Positions 55,824 through 56,544 of a stretch of 56,544 nt of DNA are shown here, piece by piece; within the stretch, counting starts at the first letter, position 1; each line of letters starts with the position of its first letter. The DNA is taken from contig CAZTCX010000003.1 of the NCBI GenBank assembly GCA_964612515.1, forward strand, positions 1 through 56,544. Reading direction: 5' to 3'. Position numbers and translations under genes: made by a program. The notes beneath the pieces were generated by a model. That model saw only the letters and a program-made list of their open reading frames with translations, did no database searches and had not been told where the DNA came from. Source of the DNA: an uncultured Lentimicrobiaceae bacterium. Its GTDB lineage: Bacteria; Bacteroidota; Bacteroidia; Bacteroidales; 4484-276.

Positions 55824-56480
55824 ATGACTGCTGTGTTATTAAGTATTGAAAATCACTCAAAAGAAAACTTTATCAGCATGGTCGATAATTTCCCCTTGTT
55901 TCCCATTGGCATCATCATATTTCCCGGTGAAATACAACCGCTTCATATTTATGAGTCGCGTTACAAGCAGCTCATTCACGAGATGACCGAAACCAAAGGT
56001 TCTTTTGGTATTCCTTACCTGAAAGATGATTCCATTTGCGAGTTCGGTTCCGTAGTAACAGTGCACAAGATTTTAGCAACCAGCCATACCGGTGAAATGG
56101 ACATTCTGGTACGTGGCGAACGGCTTTTTCGTATTAAAACAATTTCTGAACACCTGCCCGGCAAATTATATGGTGGTGGCAGCGTAGAGTTTCTGGATAT
56201 GTTCAACCGAAAGGTTTCTGCTAAGCTTGCCGATCATTTTGGCAATTACCGGCAACAGATTAAAGAGATCGATCAGGACAAGTCGAAGCAGGTGATCGGT
56301 AATCCACAGCACATTTTTGAAATTGCAGGGCAGCTTCCGCTTGATATCGAAGAGAAATATGCGCTCATAAGAGCTTCTGGCCACAGTGCACGTGAGCAAC
56401 TACTTATTGATAAGCTTCATTTTCTGCTGATGATCAACAAGAAGCTCGAAGAGGTTGGATATCGGTTTTATCTGAACTAA
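55824..56480 (+). CDS. LON substrate-binding (Lon N-terminal) domain protein
   Basis: FPLFPIGIIIFPGEIQPLHIYESRYKQLI is the hallmark start of the Lon N-domain / PUA-like fold. There is no AAA+ or protease part. An alternative start is the ATG at 55878. Confidence 0.75.
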   Translation: MTAVLLSIENHSKENFISMVDNFPLFPIGIIIFPGEIQPLHIYESRYKQLIHEMTETKGSFGIPYLKDDSICEFGSVVTVHKILATSHTGEMDILVRGERLFRIKTISEHLPGKLYGGGSVEFLDMFNRKVSAKLADHFGNYRQQIKEIDQDKSKQVIGNPQHIFEIAGQLPLDIEEKYALIRASGHSAREQLLIDKLHFLLMINKKLEEVGYRFYLN

Positions 56481-56544
56481 AGAATTTTTTTGTAACCAAA
56501 TTACAAGAAAAGGAACTCCAATACTCCGGCAACTTCACAACCCA

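Noticed and set aside
1-56544. Mobile element, prophage or classical defence island (restriction-modification, toxin-antitoxin, Cas, abortive infection).
   Set aside because: I recognised no integrase, transposase, phage structural gene, nuclease-methylase pair or small toxin-antitoxin pair. By eye, base composition looks uniform across the window.

Overview
This 56.5-kb window looks like a Bacteroidota chromosomal segment. Three proteins end in T9SS (Por) C-terminal sorting domains. The -7 promoter box TAnnTTTG (often exactly TACTTTTG) recurs 20-120 nt upstream of start codons. There are no Shine-Dalgarno sequences, and a BlaR1-TonB fusion is present. I found no rRNA, tRNA, CRISPR array, integrase or transposase. 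Positions 1-38.6 kb are mostly housekeeping: CSD and RRM RNA chaperones, ftcD, a Crp/Fnr regulator, membrane pyrophosphatase, an S8 protease, ndk, nrnA, three tandem FKBP isomerases, clpC, gyrA, a DEAD-box helicase, blaI/blaR1-like genes, a DnaE2-like polymerase, pruA, fmt, HU, mpg, a GT2 and a cysteate-synthase-like enzyme. Positions 38.7-55.7 kb form an accessory cell-surface and outer-membrane block. It holds a 1646-aa multidomain T9SS cargo protein and a minus-strand operon. The operon encodes a YdjY-like protein, a secreted squalene-cyclase-like alpha/alpha-toroid protein, and a T9SS-displayed paralogue of that toroid. Two tandem TonB-dependent receptors diverge from this operon, and a Kelch-like lipoprotein follows them. 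This block is my best candidate for an undescribed system, possibly surface capture plus TonB-dependent import of an unknown ligand. The two adjacent T9SS proteins also share a ~300-aa module I do not recognise, placed directly before their sorting domains. Other items worth a second look: an ~870-bp ORF-free AT-rich region with tandem ACAnnTGTAAA elements upstream of an XRE-type HTH gene; paired AACTA-N6-TAGTT dyads upstream of blaI; an FNR-like cysteine signature in the Crp-family regulator; and a DnaE2-like polymerase with no ImuB partner next to it. All calls come from reading the translations and the DNA by eye; no database search was run.
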